A DNA stretch of 64,000 nt, taken from Diadema antillarum (Eukaryota). Every line of letters starts with the position of its first letter. Within the stretch, counting starts at the first letter, position 1. Positions 11,377 to 23,667 of this stretch are shown one piece after another. The position numbers and the translations under genes were made by a program. The notes beneath the pieces were generated by a model that saw only the letters and a list, made by a program, of their open reading frames with translations, was not told the DNA's origin and did no database searches. The DNA lies in NCBI RefSeq assembly GCF_040938485.1, contig NW_027270937.1, positions 248,001 through 312,000 of the forward strand, read 5' to 3'.

Positions 11377-12236
11377 GATCTGAAGGGGGGTGCGTTCGCA
11401 CCCAACGCACCCCCCCTGGTGACGCCCATGTGTAAGATCATACGATTGATTACGAGAAGTTTGTTCACATTTCCAGAGTTCACGTTATGACGTTTTGAAT
11501 TTGTAACTGTGCTGCAGACAAGCAGTACGAAACCTCAGCTGTTGCAAACAAAGTTATGATGTGTCACAATGCTTTCTTTAATCCATATCCCTGGCCACAG
11601 TTAGTACGCAGAGAGCACGAGTATTGATATTTCGCACGTGCGTCACAATATTTTATGTGTTCATTTTTTTTCGTAGACATTTCGCGTTTGTGTCAATGCT
11701 GGCTAGGAATATTGGAGGGTAGAAATGATCTCTGTGCGACCATTAGTATTTTGTAAACGCATAGCGATTAAAGAAGCTGCGCTGAGTTATACTGTCCCGA
11801 AGTTGACACAACATGGGAAAACAAATACTGAATTGTCAATTTCGTGGGAAGTTGGCCCCAAACTTGGTTAAAAACCGATCAACAGTCGAAACAATTACGA
11901 TACCCACCGATTATTACACGACGACTCTCGAACTACACACGAAGATGTGAATCGTTATTAATTTACTCCTAAGAAATGAAGTAAACACGAACTTGCTCCT
12001 GGAGCCTGAAAAACTACACCGGTGGCCATACTATGGCTTTTAAAAGAGACCCTCACGAATGACCCTATCTTTAGACGATCTGAGCCGATTTTGCACATTC
12101 TTATTGATTTGATAATGGTTTATTAGAACAAAAATGCAAAGTAGTAGCCCGAAGGCTAAATTATAATGCATCACATTAAAAAAAAAACATATAAATTACA
12201 TCAAACAACGTACATTGTATGAACATTTTAACAATA

Positions 12237-12767
12237 CACTGTAAAAACAGCGGTGTTAGATTTAACACCATGGGTGTTAAATCTAACACCGATCGAACTT
12301 CAATAGAGGACCACACCCACAGGTGTAGAAAATGCACTGCGATGGTGTTGAAAAGTGTTCACCTGACACTTCGTGGTGTTATTTTGACACTATACCTGGT
12401 GTTATGTTGACACTGTACTGGTGTTAATTCAAAAATGACACCACATGGTGCTGATTTGGTATTTGTTGGTGTTAATATCAATGGCTTAACACCCGTCCAG
12501 CTTCAATAAAGGACCACACCAGCTGGTGTTACTGTGGTGTAAATTTATTTTCACATTTTTTCAAAAATCTAGTATTTTAATGTAAAATTCTTGATCGTCT
12601 TGTTTAAATCAAAAATCAACAAGAAGTGCAGTTACTAAGAAACTCTTCAAAAAACAGTTTTATATTTGGAAATGACACCCGGAGGTGTTGATTTAACACC
12701 ATAAATGAGCACCGAAAATTTAAAACTAGCTCGGTGTTCACTATTTAACACCGGACTTTTTGCAGTG
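12237..12767. mobile_element. CACTA/EnSpm-type non-autonomous element (~530 bp), copy 1
   Basis: CACTGTAAAAA...TTTTTGCAGTG termini, 2-bp TSD TA/TA, many subterminal TTAACACC/GGTGTTAA repeats; inverted copy at 35808-36338. Confidence 0.8.
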
Positions 12768-13900
12768 TAACAAATACAAATTATATTAACATAACAAATA
12801 CACAGCATCATTTCATATAAAACTTTTATCGTGTGTCCATCTTTGCTCATTTTCAGGACAGTGACACATCGGTGCACACAGTTTTACCTCTCTTGTTGCA
12901 ATCATGCCCGGGTGTTTCATGTGCGCAGTTCGTGGGGCGTGAGTTAATGCCCATCCATGTATTTCCTTTGAGGAACTCTTTCGTTAAAAGAAACGTTCCT
13001 AGAGTTTGGAGTAAACTATCAACTATTTGGGTAGGTTAACTTAGCATTATCTCTTTTTGACAAGTTAGGCCCATTTTAAAGCTATGAATTTCTTTTCTGA
13101 GAGTCTTACCTATACTACGAAGTGGCATATGCCTGTTCGTGGTGATGTGCAAAGTCAAATATGCTAAATAAGCATCCCACTGCACGCAAATTTGCTATAC
13201 AGGACGACAGTACTTTATCGGTTAAATTTGACATTCCTGAGATCAATTACAGAAGTAGTTTTGTGTAGGAATACCCCTTCATGTGATTTGACAGTTCTGC
13301 AGAAATACTTGTAGATACCACTCTGCTCAAGCAACCACATGTGCCGTGACTCTCCAGTTCTCTAGAACAAAGCTCATCATCTTTAATTTTATACCACATT
13401 TGAAAAAAATGTCCTGGCTGTTTTTTTTTTTTTTTTTTTTGAATAAGGTGTAACCATACATGCTTTTGATCCAGTGGTTTGTAAGCCTATTCTCGCAGAA
13501 AGTGGCTGTGCAATGAAATGAAACTACCAGGGGGAGGGAACTTGGATGCAAGTTTTAAGTGCTAATCTCATTACTGTGCTTTTTTTTTTGCTTTGAAATT
13601 CAAAACACAGTGGGTAAACACAACCTTGAATCGCTCGAAACGAGGAAGCAAGGAAATTTACAGGTGTAGCAGATACTTACTTAGAAGGTTCAAATTTGAG
13701 AATAGAACAATATCAATGAGTTAGCTAGTTAGATAGTGCTAAACTGTCTTGAGCTGGGTTGATATGCGTGCATCATCAACCGTAGGCTGAGAGCCCTAAA
13801 TTTACAACTTTGCACATAACATAATATTCATGCGGGATGCACCTGCTGTGCCTATACTGCGCTCCTCTTACAGGATACATTTTGTCTCTGTTGTTTGTTT

Positions 13901-14504
13901 CCTACTGGAAAGAACAGAGTGTTCCACAGTGTGTTCACAGCGTCTTCACGGACCTACGTCTTCATATAGTCGACTATGTGAAACGCTCGAATTTTAACAG
14001 TGTGAAGATGATTTCACAACGTGGTGTGGTTTTCAGAGTGTTTACATAGTACAATGCTTTGTTTCACACTGAATTGACGACTCACATTGGGTGCACGTCA
14101 CGTGACCGACACCTAAGAGTCATATGACAGCCCACGAGTCATACAGCCCACGAGTCATGCAACTCACAAGTCATACAGCCCACAAGCCATACAGCTCACA
14201 AGTCATACGGCCCATGAGTTCTACACTAAGCAAACAAGGCCTACGAGCCTAACACATTAAACCCCGTGTTGTATCTGTCGAACTCGTGGGCTGTTTTTAC
14301 CTGGTGTCGGTCTCATGGGCTTTCTTTGCCTAGTGTCGAACTCGTGGGCTGTATAACTCATGGGTGTAGGTCTTGTGGGATGACCCGCTCACATTGAGTT
14401 CACACTGTTAAAATCCTCGAATTTAACAGTGTGAAGAGATTTCACACTGGTAACAATGTATCTATACTGTGTTCACACAGTGGGACACTGTCTTTTCCAG
14501 TAGG
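13901..14504. mobile_element. TIR element (CTACTGGAAA...TTTTCCAGTAG) hosting a nested MULE-like MITE
   Basis: Imperfect ~40-bp terminal inverted match and internal TTAACAGTGTGAAG repeats. Confidence 0.45.
14089..14386. mobile_element. MULE-like MITE with 16-bp subrepeats (CAGCCCACGAGTCATA), copy 1
   Basis: Termini GGGTGCAC...GATGACCC; 9-bp TSD ACTCACATT/GCTCACATT; same family at 20654 and 34215. Confidence 0.7.
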
Positions 14505-16480
14505 GTTATTCTTGTTATGTCGTATGCGGATAAGTTATCCTCTTTTAGGCTTTTGGACGTAATATTTTCTTGAATTATATATATTTGTATGTATGTATGT
14601 ATGTATGAATGTATGGATGTTTCTATTTTTTCCAACATTACTTCAATGCAACCTTTATTTGACAATAGCGACAATGTACAATGAATTGTCCAACTGTACT
14701 TGAATACATAATCTATATTTCAATCATGTGTCCATGTATGTATTGCGAGTTGATCTGGCAAGACTATGTATCTGGAGGTTTTTATCACATGTCTCTTTCT
14801 TACTCTGTCTCTCTTACTATTTTCTTGTCTCTCTATTCCACTGGCATCAGGTTTAAATTGGACCCCGTGTTTTATTGTATTAAAGTCATCTCATGTATCA
14901 TAGGTTGGCAAAGAGGCAAGCTTTCAGCGTATTCAATGCGAACCATTCTGTATGGAAATTTTTAACGCATGTAACTGCAAGTGTATATCACAGATGTATG
15001 ATACTGTATACTATATGTGTAATGGAATTGTTGGAATTGTAGGAAATAGCCACGGTGAGTAGCGCCATAGATGAATAATATTATAATGTTTGATGATAAT
15101 GGTGAAAATAAGGAAGTGTAAAGTGATGCCATGCAGAAAATTAAAAGAAAAGAACTTGTGCCACTAATGACCGCAAGTGTTAGGGGAAATGAGGAATTAG
15201 AATTTCATTTTAAGTTGCAAGTATTTACGGCAACGCAGTCCTATAGACGTTGTGTTCCTCATAAATTACTGAGGAGTAATCACACGATAAACTTTGTGTG
15301 AAAAAGAATGGTTCGATGGCGTATAAAAAAAAAATAATAGAAAGTGGATAAAATAACATAATGACCTAGGCGTCATGATACAAAAACAGTTAAAATGTGA
15401 ACTGTACTTTATCAGTATAAAGGAAATAAAAAGGCAATCTGAGAAATACCGTCTGTTTTTTTTTTCATCGTTCTATGAGATTTGGCTCTGTGACTCATTT
15501 CTATCAGTAGTAGATGTACATGTGAATGTGTATTCACAAAAAGAAGTGAATTGTGGTGATTAAGCCTGAATCAAAATTAAGGTATACATGTGAAGAAAAA
15601 TATGTGTTTTACAGAGTCATTTGTGGGAATGTGACAATTAAGGGGTGGAAACTTTAAACGTTTCCCAGAGATTATCACCGAATGATATAAGCCTATGTGA
15701 GATGACACTGCATAGTGACATGTATACACGTAGTAAATGTATTTTAATTCATATTTAAATAGACCAAAGTGGATACAAACCACTCCCTCAACATGCACAA
15801 CACAAAACAATCACACAAAATATGGACAAAAGGTAGTTGTTTTCAGAGCTTGGGATCGAAAAGAAAATTCGAGATATGAAAGAATGTAAATCATTTTTTT
15901 TTTGTTAGTGCCAGCTATGTTGTCACTTGGCACATCACTTCATTTGGGCATTTTCCACGTTGAAAGGTTACATTAGGGATGTCGGGTTAATTTTTGTTTC
16001 CAGTGTTCATTACGCCCAAATGCAATATACCTTATACTTGTATAAAAAAAAACCAAACTTTAATGACAGACAAGTTGCCCCGAAATTGCTTTAAACAAGC
16101 AACCTTTCAGAATCTATTCCAAAATGAAAATTTTTAGGCGAACGTATGTAATGCTAGACTGGCATCTAGAACCTATAAAGGTCAAATATCAAATGACATT
16201 TTTTTTTCTCAGTTAAATGGCATGGTATTGATAAGAAAAGATAATAACAGCCAATGAAAATTCTACTTAATAGTATGATTCATATCATTTCTAGACTTAA
16301 CCGTGAACTGGACTTGGACTGACCAAAGTGTTTTTCGTGGCGCCTGATATGTCAACAAAATTGAAATATTTGCATAAACTACTGATTCTCTAAAAATGCA
16401 ACTAAAATCAAAATAATACGACATTCAGTGTAATACCCGGCCTACGCGAACACATATTTCAAAACACATTAAACAATAAA

Positions 16481-17036
16481 AGGACAAGTTCACCCTCATA
16501 TACATGTGGATTGAGTGAATGCAGCAATATTAGTAGAACACATCAGTAAAAGTTTTGGGAAAGTCGGATAATCCGTTTAAAATTAAGAATTTTTTAGTAT
16601 CTGCGCAGTTCCTGCTGGATGAGAAGACTACTACAGTGTATGATGTCACATTCGTAGAACGATATAGGGAAAATATAAAGAGAATTTCACAAAATGTAAT
16701 TTTTTGAAAAAAAGTGAACACTTTCTCGACCTGTCACTGACGTACTTGTTAAGGGTAATACTAACCCCCCTGCCTTCTGAAAGAGGCAAGTCAAGTGTTT
16801 GGTTATTGTGCGAGAAAAGTGAAAATATGTTGAATTTTCTTTTTATTTTCTTTGTATCGGTCTACACATATGGCATCACAAGCTGTAGTAGTATTCTCAT
16901 CCAACAGTGACTGAGCAGAAAGTTTAACAATTCGTAACTTTCGGACGGATTGTCTGGTTTTCCTCAAACTCGTATTGATGTGTTCTACTAATTTTGATGC
17001 ATTCACTCAATCCCCATGTAAAGTGAAATTGTTCCT
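16481..17036. mobile_element. Palindromic Kolobok-type MITE (AGG termini, TAAA/TAAA 4-bp TSD)
   Basis: TACATGTGGATTGAGTGAATGCAGCAATATTAGTAGAACACATC pairs with GATGTGTTCTACTAATTTTGATGCATTCACTCAATCCCCATGTA; ends AGGACAAGTTCAC / GTGAAATTGTTCCT. Confidence 0.7.
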
Positions 17037-17193
17037 TAAATATGACTTAGCACGACTAGATAGCTATGGTCACTGAGTTCCTCATAGGGAAAGGGTTTAA
17101 TGAGCAAGAGACAAAGAGTATGAAGAGGTGTAAAAAATAATGGTCTTCCATTCCTGGTAAATTATTGTCTCATTATACCGAAACTATGTTGAC

Positions 17194-17588
17194 TTAAAGG
17201 GATGATATAGTTGTGGTTGAGTTAAGGGACTGGATTTTAAGTATTTGCAAATAATCAGAAACCACATATGAAATATCAAAGAGCACACCATTCTATAAGG
17301 AATTTAAAATCTATTTGATGAAACTATTTGATGAAAATAATATATGTTTTTAATGGCTAAGATATCCAAAACCAAAGTGAAGCAAAGTGGGACCCACATT
17401 TTATTAGACCCTCTTTGTTTTTAGATAACTCAGCCATTCTAAAACAATTTATCATCAAATAAACTTTAAATTCCTCTTAGAGTATATTTCATATGCTCTT
17501 TCGTATATCGTAGCAGGTTTCTCATTATGTCACAAAAATATTTGCAACCTTAAGCCCCACCTCAACCAAAACTATACCATCCCTTTAA
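17194..17588. mobile_element. Kolobok/T2-type TTAA MITE family 1 (~390 bp), copy 1, upstream of GPCR-D
   Basis: TTAA|AGGGATGATATAGTT...ACTATACCATCCCT|TTAA with an internal hairpin centred on GTGGGACCCAC. Confidence 0.8.
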
Positions 17589-17834
17589 TGTCAAGTAGGC
17601 CTACGTGCACAGAAAGAAGAAGAAAGAAGAACAAAGAAAGCATTGTTAAAGCCTGCGCCAACAACTGAAGTGATCATCAATGAGAGCTAGAACAAAACCT
17701 TCAGCAACAAAGGGAATACTCGCAGAGGTCTGCACATTGCACTACATATTTTGTCCATATGATGTTGAACATAGCGCATTGGACATTGCTCCTGCGTGGT
17801 TGTCATTTTAGGGCTGTGCTTCCCGCGAGACAAG

Positions 17835-18935
17835 ATGGCGGATGTAGATGGGTATCAGAACAGCAATCGGTCTTTGGTTAAACCCACATCCAGTCTCACC
17901 CCTGAATACCTTTGTTTAGCTGGAGCATATGGCACTGTGTTCATTGTTGGGGTGACAGGGAATGTCGTGCTGTTGCTCGCGAGTGCCCTGTCGAGGAAAC
18001 TCCAAACGAGAACCTCCTACCTCATCGTCAGTCTGAGCGTCAGTGATCTATTGGTTTGCGTAGTTCAGCCGCTTCAGGTCGTCTCGATGTTGGTCAGGAA
18101 CAGCACAGCACTACCCAAGGTGCTCTGTCAACTGACAGCTGCCCTTGATATCATATCTATTGGGAGTAGCGTCATTACCATGATGTTGATTGCTGTAAAT
18201 CGCTGTGTGCTCATCATCAAACCTAGGCACACATACAACCGCATCTTCTCGTCGAGAAAACTGGTCGTCATGGTGACAATATCTTGGTTGTATCCCGCTG
18301 CAGTTTTAGTCCTTCCTCAGCTTATTGGTCATGGTCGCCTCGGTTACAACGCCCTCACACGAGTCTGCATCTGTGATTTCACTCACAAGAATTCAAATAC
18401 TTTCGTCTACCTCGTGATTTGCTCGTCGTCAATTGCCTTTGGTGTGACGTTTTTCAGCTACTGGCTAATATTCAGACGCGTGAAAAGGCGCGCTCTCAAG
18501 TCCAAGTCACGCTCAATGCCTACCGAGAAAAGCTGTCGTAGGCATACCGAGTTGGCAATCACCAAGAATCTCCTGTGCGTGGTATGCTGCTTCGTCCTGT
18601 GCGTATCTCCCTTCATGGGTGTATTTCTGGCTATCCCATTCCTGAAAGGACCCGCTCTGCACCGCGTTCTCAGAGTGATGCCCCACGTTTCTCTCCCACT
18701 CGTTCTCGACAGTTGCCTTAATCCGTTCATCTACGGCTGGAAGCATCCTCACTTCAGGGTTGTCATGGCCTGTGTGCTGCGACGGCGCTGGCGTGATATC
18801 CCGAGGCCCTCCCGACTGCTGGCACGCATTCTCGACTACAACACTGGTGACAGGCAGACGCCGCAAGGTATCAGTGTTACAAAGAGCTACGAGGCACAGA
18901 GCGAAAAGCTGACCACTGACATCAACGATATGTGA
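17835..18935 (+). CDS. GPCR-D: intronless class A 7TM receptor, 366 aa
   Basis: ATG (AAGATGG) at 17835; NRS sequon, GN, LSVSD, C3.25 (LCQ), NRC, ECL2 CIC, CFVLCVSP, DSCLNPFIY, Ser/Thr-rich tail; all family motifs intact. Confidence 0.92.
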   Translation: MADVDGYQNSNRSLVKPTSSLTPEYLCLAGAYGTVFIVGVTGNVVLLLASALSRKLQTRTSYLIVSLSVSDLLVCVVQPLQVVSMLVRNSTALPKVLCQLTAALDIISIGSSVITMMLIAVNRCVLIIKPRHTYNRIFSSRKLVVMVTISWLYPAAVLVLPQLIGHGRLGYNALTRVCICDFTHKNSNTFVYLVICSSSIAFGVTFFSYWLIFRRVKRRALKSKSRSMPTEKSCRRHTELAITKNLLCVVCCFVLCVSPFMGVFLAIPFLKGPALHRVLRVMPHVSLPLVLDSCLNPFIYGWKHPHFRVVMACVLRRRWRDIPRPSRLLARILDYNTGDRQTPQGISVTKSYEAQSEKLTTDINDM

Positions 18936-19369
18936 ATTGTGTCAGTTACATCCTGTCATTATTTTGTCCCGTTGTACCATCCCAAGCTTACGAACTAATT
19001 ATATTACCTGACAAAATACTGGGCCGTTAATATTAACCATTGTTATGACAGAAATTATGATCAAAATAAACTTAAAGAACTGTTTGATGTAAACATTTTA
19101 GAGTATAATGAATCGGAAAGCTCTTTGTTTGATTATGACAAAGAGTTATATTTTTGTTGCGCTAATGAGATTTAATGTTGCCCGGGTTCATGGTTATTGA
19201 ATGTTCTTACAGAGTGTCAATTATTACAGTAATTAAGTTTTGTCTCTGCGAGGTTAGTATTTGACGTCATTTTTCATGAAAATATAGTGTTGAAGAATTG
19301 TAACTACAGTAAATTGCAATGTACCATTACTGTCAAACTTAGCAATTTGTAATGTTTATGTGTCAAAGC

Positions 19370-20440
19370 AAAGATATCTTAAATGGAATTTATATCCAGC
19401 GCCTTTTCCAAACTTAGTGTAACAGCACGAACAAAATTCTCTTCACTTTTTTAACCCGATTTACAATCACAGCTAGTTCATCATAGATTGCCCAGGGCAT
19501 AAACCATACTGATGTCGATTAAGTATGTCATTTGACCGATAATTACACGCTAGTCTTGATCAAAAACAATTTTCTCTGACGCTTTGGACAATACTAACTC
19601 GTAATGTTGTTATACAGTAGATTTATGGTTTGATGGGTTGAAGTTATCACTCCCTTTGTGTATATAATGGACGTTACATATGCCCTATTCAATGTGTTAA
19701 AATTTTACCAGTGTTCAGGGAAAGGTCAAAGGTTCAATATAGGTCGACGGTTCAACTGTGAAATCAATGGTATCTTAAACGCTACCATCCGGTATTTCAT
19801 CTGGACCAGTAGCTTTATTCCTCGAAATAACCTTAACAACATCTATTACGTCATCAGTAGGCCTAGATGTTTGTTCAAAAGTGAACTTACATTTAATGAT
19901 AGTAACGAATTATTTTTCATTTTCACTAAATTCTCCTGTTCATTTTCTTCTAACAGCCAAACTTAAAAAAATTATCATTTAGCATGCTCAGTCTTTGACT
20001 TCATATCCGTCTGTGATTAACTTTTTATATGAAGTTCTGCTCATTTCATAGGCATTTTGCGCCTTATTCAAATCCATGTTGCGTTTCTATTACCACTATA
20101 ACTTACCGTACTTTCAGCCCCGTAAACACGTTTAGATTTCCTTATCATATCAGTTACAAAATTTCTTAATTTCTTGTATGATTCCCAATCCTCACTGGTT
20201 TTAGAGCCATGAGCTTGCTGTTTAACATCAGCTCTCTCACGGATCTTACAAAGTTGTAGTATCCATTCATGGTGCTTCTCAATACCGTTTTCTTTCTAAG
20301 AGGGACATAGATGTAATACAGTCTACAGGTACGAACTTACGAGAACGTTTTTCACATGCACTGTTGCGATCTGATTCATCTAGTACATCATCCCAAATTG
20401 TCTTTTCTAAAGCACCTATAGACTCTTCTAGATTAAGCAT
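19370..20440 (-). mobile_element. Decayed CR1/L2-clade LINE ORF2 fragment (tether region and RT N-terminus)
   Basis: Manual minus-strand translation gives EDWESYKKLRNFVTDMIRKSK, ISRNKATGPDEIP, LNRHQYGF and LSLEKALD, broken by stops and frameshifts. Confidence 0.75.
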
Positions 20441-20653
20441 TTTCATATTTCGGCAATAGGCCTATGAGAAAATCGAACTTTTCGAAGACTTAGCTTCAGC
20501 TTAGAGAGCATAATAATCACTGACAAACTGGGGCATAACATCACGGAAATTTCGATTTCTGTGACATCGTGCAATCTGACATATCGATAGCCTCGAATAT
20601 CGATTTCAATATTAGAGACGGTGTGGTTCAATTTGGTTTCTCTTAGAGAAAAA

Positions 20654-20894
20654 GGAGTCATCCCACGAGACTGATACCCACGAGCCATACAGCCCACGAG
20701 TTCGACACTATAGGTAAAAACAGCCCACGAGTTCGACAAATAGAAAACGGGGCTTAATATATCGGTCTTATGGGTCTTGTTTGCTTCGTATCGAACTCAT
20801 GGGCGGTATTACTCGTAGGTTGTATACCTCGTGGACTGTATGACTCCTGCATGGGCTGTATGATTCGTGATTGTCGGTCTCGCATCGTGCACCC
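20654..20894. mobile_element. MULE-like MITE, copy 2
   Basis: GTCATCCCACGAG...GTGCACCC termini and CAGCCCACGAG subrepeats as in 14089-14386; TSD unclear. Confidence 0.6.
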
Positions 20895-21417
20895 TAGAAA
20901 TAACGTGGATTTTTCTCGTTGCCAACGATGTGACGAATCTCGTCAACATTCTTCGTTAGTGAGCAAATATTATGATGAGCAATGTTTGGTCACCGCAATG
21001 AGGGAATTTACTTGTATGATATATTTTATTTACTATGTAATGACTTGTGCTGTGTGGTTTAGTTTCAACCTGTGATAATGGTGAATTCTATAGTGTAGTT
21101 CGTGAAATTAGATATACTACCCACAAATCCAATTGTCTCTCGTGAATGTGTCTTGAGGTTGCTGCGACCACATTCAAGCTGAAAATGAACGCACAAATAA
21201 ACACTGAATTAATGTTCATACGGTTTATTGGTAATACTATTTTTTTTGTACAAGAGCAATAATCATTATCAGTACAACCACGTAATAGAATCACTTGCAT
21301 GTGCCGTCCCTTACTAAAGTTCAATGAGGTTTTTCTTTTTTTTTATGACCACTGACTCCCAACAATCCTCAGTGAGAGCTCGCTCGTGGCGGTGGGAAAC
21401 CAGTGACAGTTAGAATG

Positions 21418-21810
21418 CTAAAGGGATGGTAGGTCATATAGTTTTGGCGGAGATGGGGAGGGGAGTCAGATTCTAACTTTTTGCGAGGTGATTAGAAGCC
21501 ACTTATGACATATTCATGAGTATACAATTCTAGAAGATAATCAAAGTTTATTTGATTTGATGAACAGCTGGTGAAAATAGATTTTAAAACGGCTGAAATG
21601 TTCCAAAAACAAAGAAAAAAAAGAGTGGTCCTAATAAAAGGTGGGTCCCACCTTTAATTAAGACCTCTTTGTTTATAGATATCTCAGGCACTTCAAACCC
21701 AATTGTCGTGAAATAAAATTTTAATTCCTCTTAGAATTGTATGCATTTTAATATTTTGTAAGAGTTTTCTCATCATCTCACAAAAAGTTTGTGGGACTGA
21801 TATAAGTCTC
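21418..21810. mobile_element. Kolobok/T2-type MITE family 1, degenerate copy lacking the right end
   Basis: AAAGGGATGGT start, GGTGGGTCCCACC hairpin centre and ATATCTCAGGCA block shared with the other copies. Confidence 0.55.
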
Positions 21811-22032
21811 TCATTACTCAGTAATAAAAAAATGAGAAAAAATTTGCCTACACTCTACCATTTCGGGTTATGACAAGGTCAGCATACTCATATGCAACCA
21901 AAATCCAACATTTTTACAATACAATTTTATTCACATTCAGATACAAATAAATGTCACATATGCATAAAAACAAATAATATAAAAATTTACAGGCAGCTAA
22001 AAACAATCCCAATAGCATGAATACGATTCCAC

Positions 22033-22423
22033 TTAAAGGGATAGTATAGCATTGGTGGTGATGAGGATTTGGCTTTTAACTCTTTGCTACATACCCAAAA
22101 ACAACACTTTATGAAATAATACACAGCATACCATTCTAAGATGAATTCAAAGTTTATTAGATAAAAATCGGTTTCGGAATGGCTGAGACATCCAAAACAA
22201 AGTTAAACAAAGCAATTCTAATAAAAGATGGGTCCCACTTTTTATTAGGATTGCTCTGTTTTGGATATCTCAGCCATTATAAAACCAATTTCCATCAGTT
22301 AAACGTTTAACCCCTTTTGGAATTGCAAGCTCTTTTATATTTTATAAAAGGTTTATCATTATATCAATAAAAATGTTAGAAGCCGGAAGTAAGGTCTCAA
22401 GCAGAACTATACGATCCCTTTAA
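22033..22423. mobile_element. Kolobok/T2-type MITE family 1, copy 3
   Basis: TTAA|AGGGATAGTATAG...CTATACGATCCCT|TTAA. Confidence 0.8.
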
Positions 22424-22439
22424 TATTGGATACAAAACC

Positions 22440-22850
22440 TTTGGGTTTTTTTTTCAGACATATTATAGTCATCTTCTTTCTTGTCTTGCTTTAAAAACTA
22501 TCAAAATTGGCAAAATCTAATGATTTCAGTATAAATGTACTTGTAATTTGAATTTGATTCTGTAACATAAATTCTAGTTTTTTGAAAAATAAATCTATGT
22601 GTAATATTGCATTCCCAAAACAAAATAAATGTGTAATTGTTTCTGTGGAGCCTGAACAAAACGTACAGAGGTCTGTGTTAGAGAGTCCCATTGCAAAAAA
22701 ATTAACACCAATTTTTCTGTGCAGAATTTTATATTGAAAATAACGAAGTCTTTGATTCATAGTAGATATACTTAGTAATGAATAAGGAACATTGTATATA
22801 TTGAGCCGGTCTAAATTTTGTTTAAATATTTTTCCCCATTTCCTTTCCAG
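22440..22850 (-). mobile_element. L1/Tx1-clade LINE ORF2 C-terminal (zf-RVT-like) fragment
   Basis: The track ORF 22491-22760 reads RLRYFQYKILHRKIGVN...DLCTFCSGSTETITHLF, the CxxC-x5-E-x3-HL zinc knuckle of L1/Tx1 ORF2. Confidence 0.75.
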
Positions 22851-22922
22851 TTTTGGTGGGTGAAATATTTTGTTGCATAATTTTCGGTGTATATATCGAC
22901 ATATCTTGGGGTTGTTGTTGGT

Positions 22923-22953
<31 letters not shown>

Positions 22954-23623
22954 GTTTTATTTTGTTTTTGTTTTTTTGGGGGACAAATTAGATATTGTAT
23001 CTTCTTGTTGCATCTTTATTTCGTTATCATTCACTGATTTCTTTTCGATGTGTTTTTCTACTCTAAGGGGATTGCGTGAATGATCAAAAAGTACCCTAAA
23101 ATTACAAGAAACACCATATTTAGCCAGAAACTGTTCAAAACTTTAAAAGATGGCCTATCATCACTCAGTACTTGGATTAACTTTGATATACCCCTTTGAA
23201 CATGTGTTGAAACTTTGCACTCTTAAAAAAATCTCATTTTTCACACAGATTAATGAATTAAACCAAATTACCTGATTTTTCTCTCATTCTACGGATAAAT
23301 AAATTGGAGGGGGGGGGAAGGAGTATATGTACAAAAAGCCTTACGGATTTCACGAATAAAACCTCATTAAAGTTGTGTGATGTGATTAGTGTTGAATGTC
23401 TGCATTTGTCAATATCAAGAATAATCTTATAACGCACTGTAATAGTGCTTTCTGAACAATGCATGTTTCGTTATGGCAAAGACAATGATCACGTGATTCT
23501 TCGCTACGCGTCCTGTTTGTGTGTAGCTGTCAAGTCGAGGGTTTCGAGTGTGTAGTCTAGTTGCGATTATGTTCCAGAACTGAAAGCATCGCTTTCTATT
23601 CTTAGTTCAGTAGTGCCATGGCT

Positions 23624-23667
<44 letters not shown>

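Larger units (their letters stand above)
8107..11430. mobile_element. 3.3-kb non-autonomous TIR element with 5-bp TSD (hAT5-like), inserted in the 3' flank of GPCR-C
   Basis: Ends CAGGGGCGTCACCAG / CTGGTGACGCCCATG (14/15 inverted match) with TGTAA on both sides (8102-8106, 11431-11435). The 3'-flank homology to GPCR-A stops at 8106 and resumes at ~11436. Confidence 0.75.
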
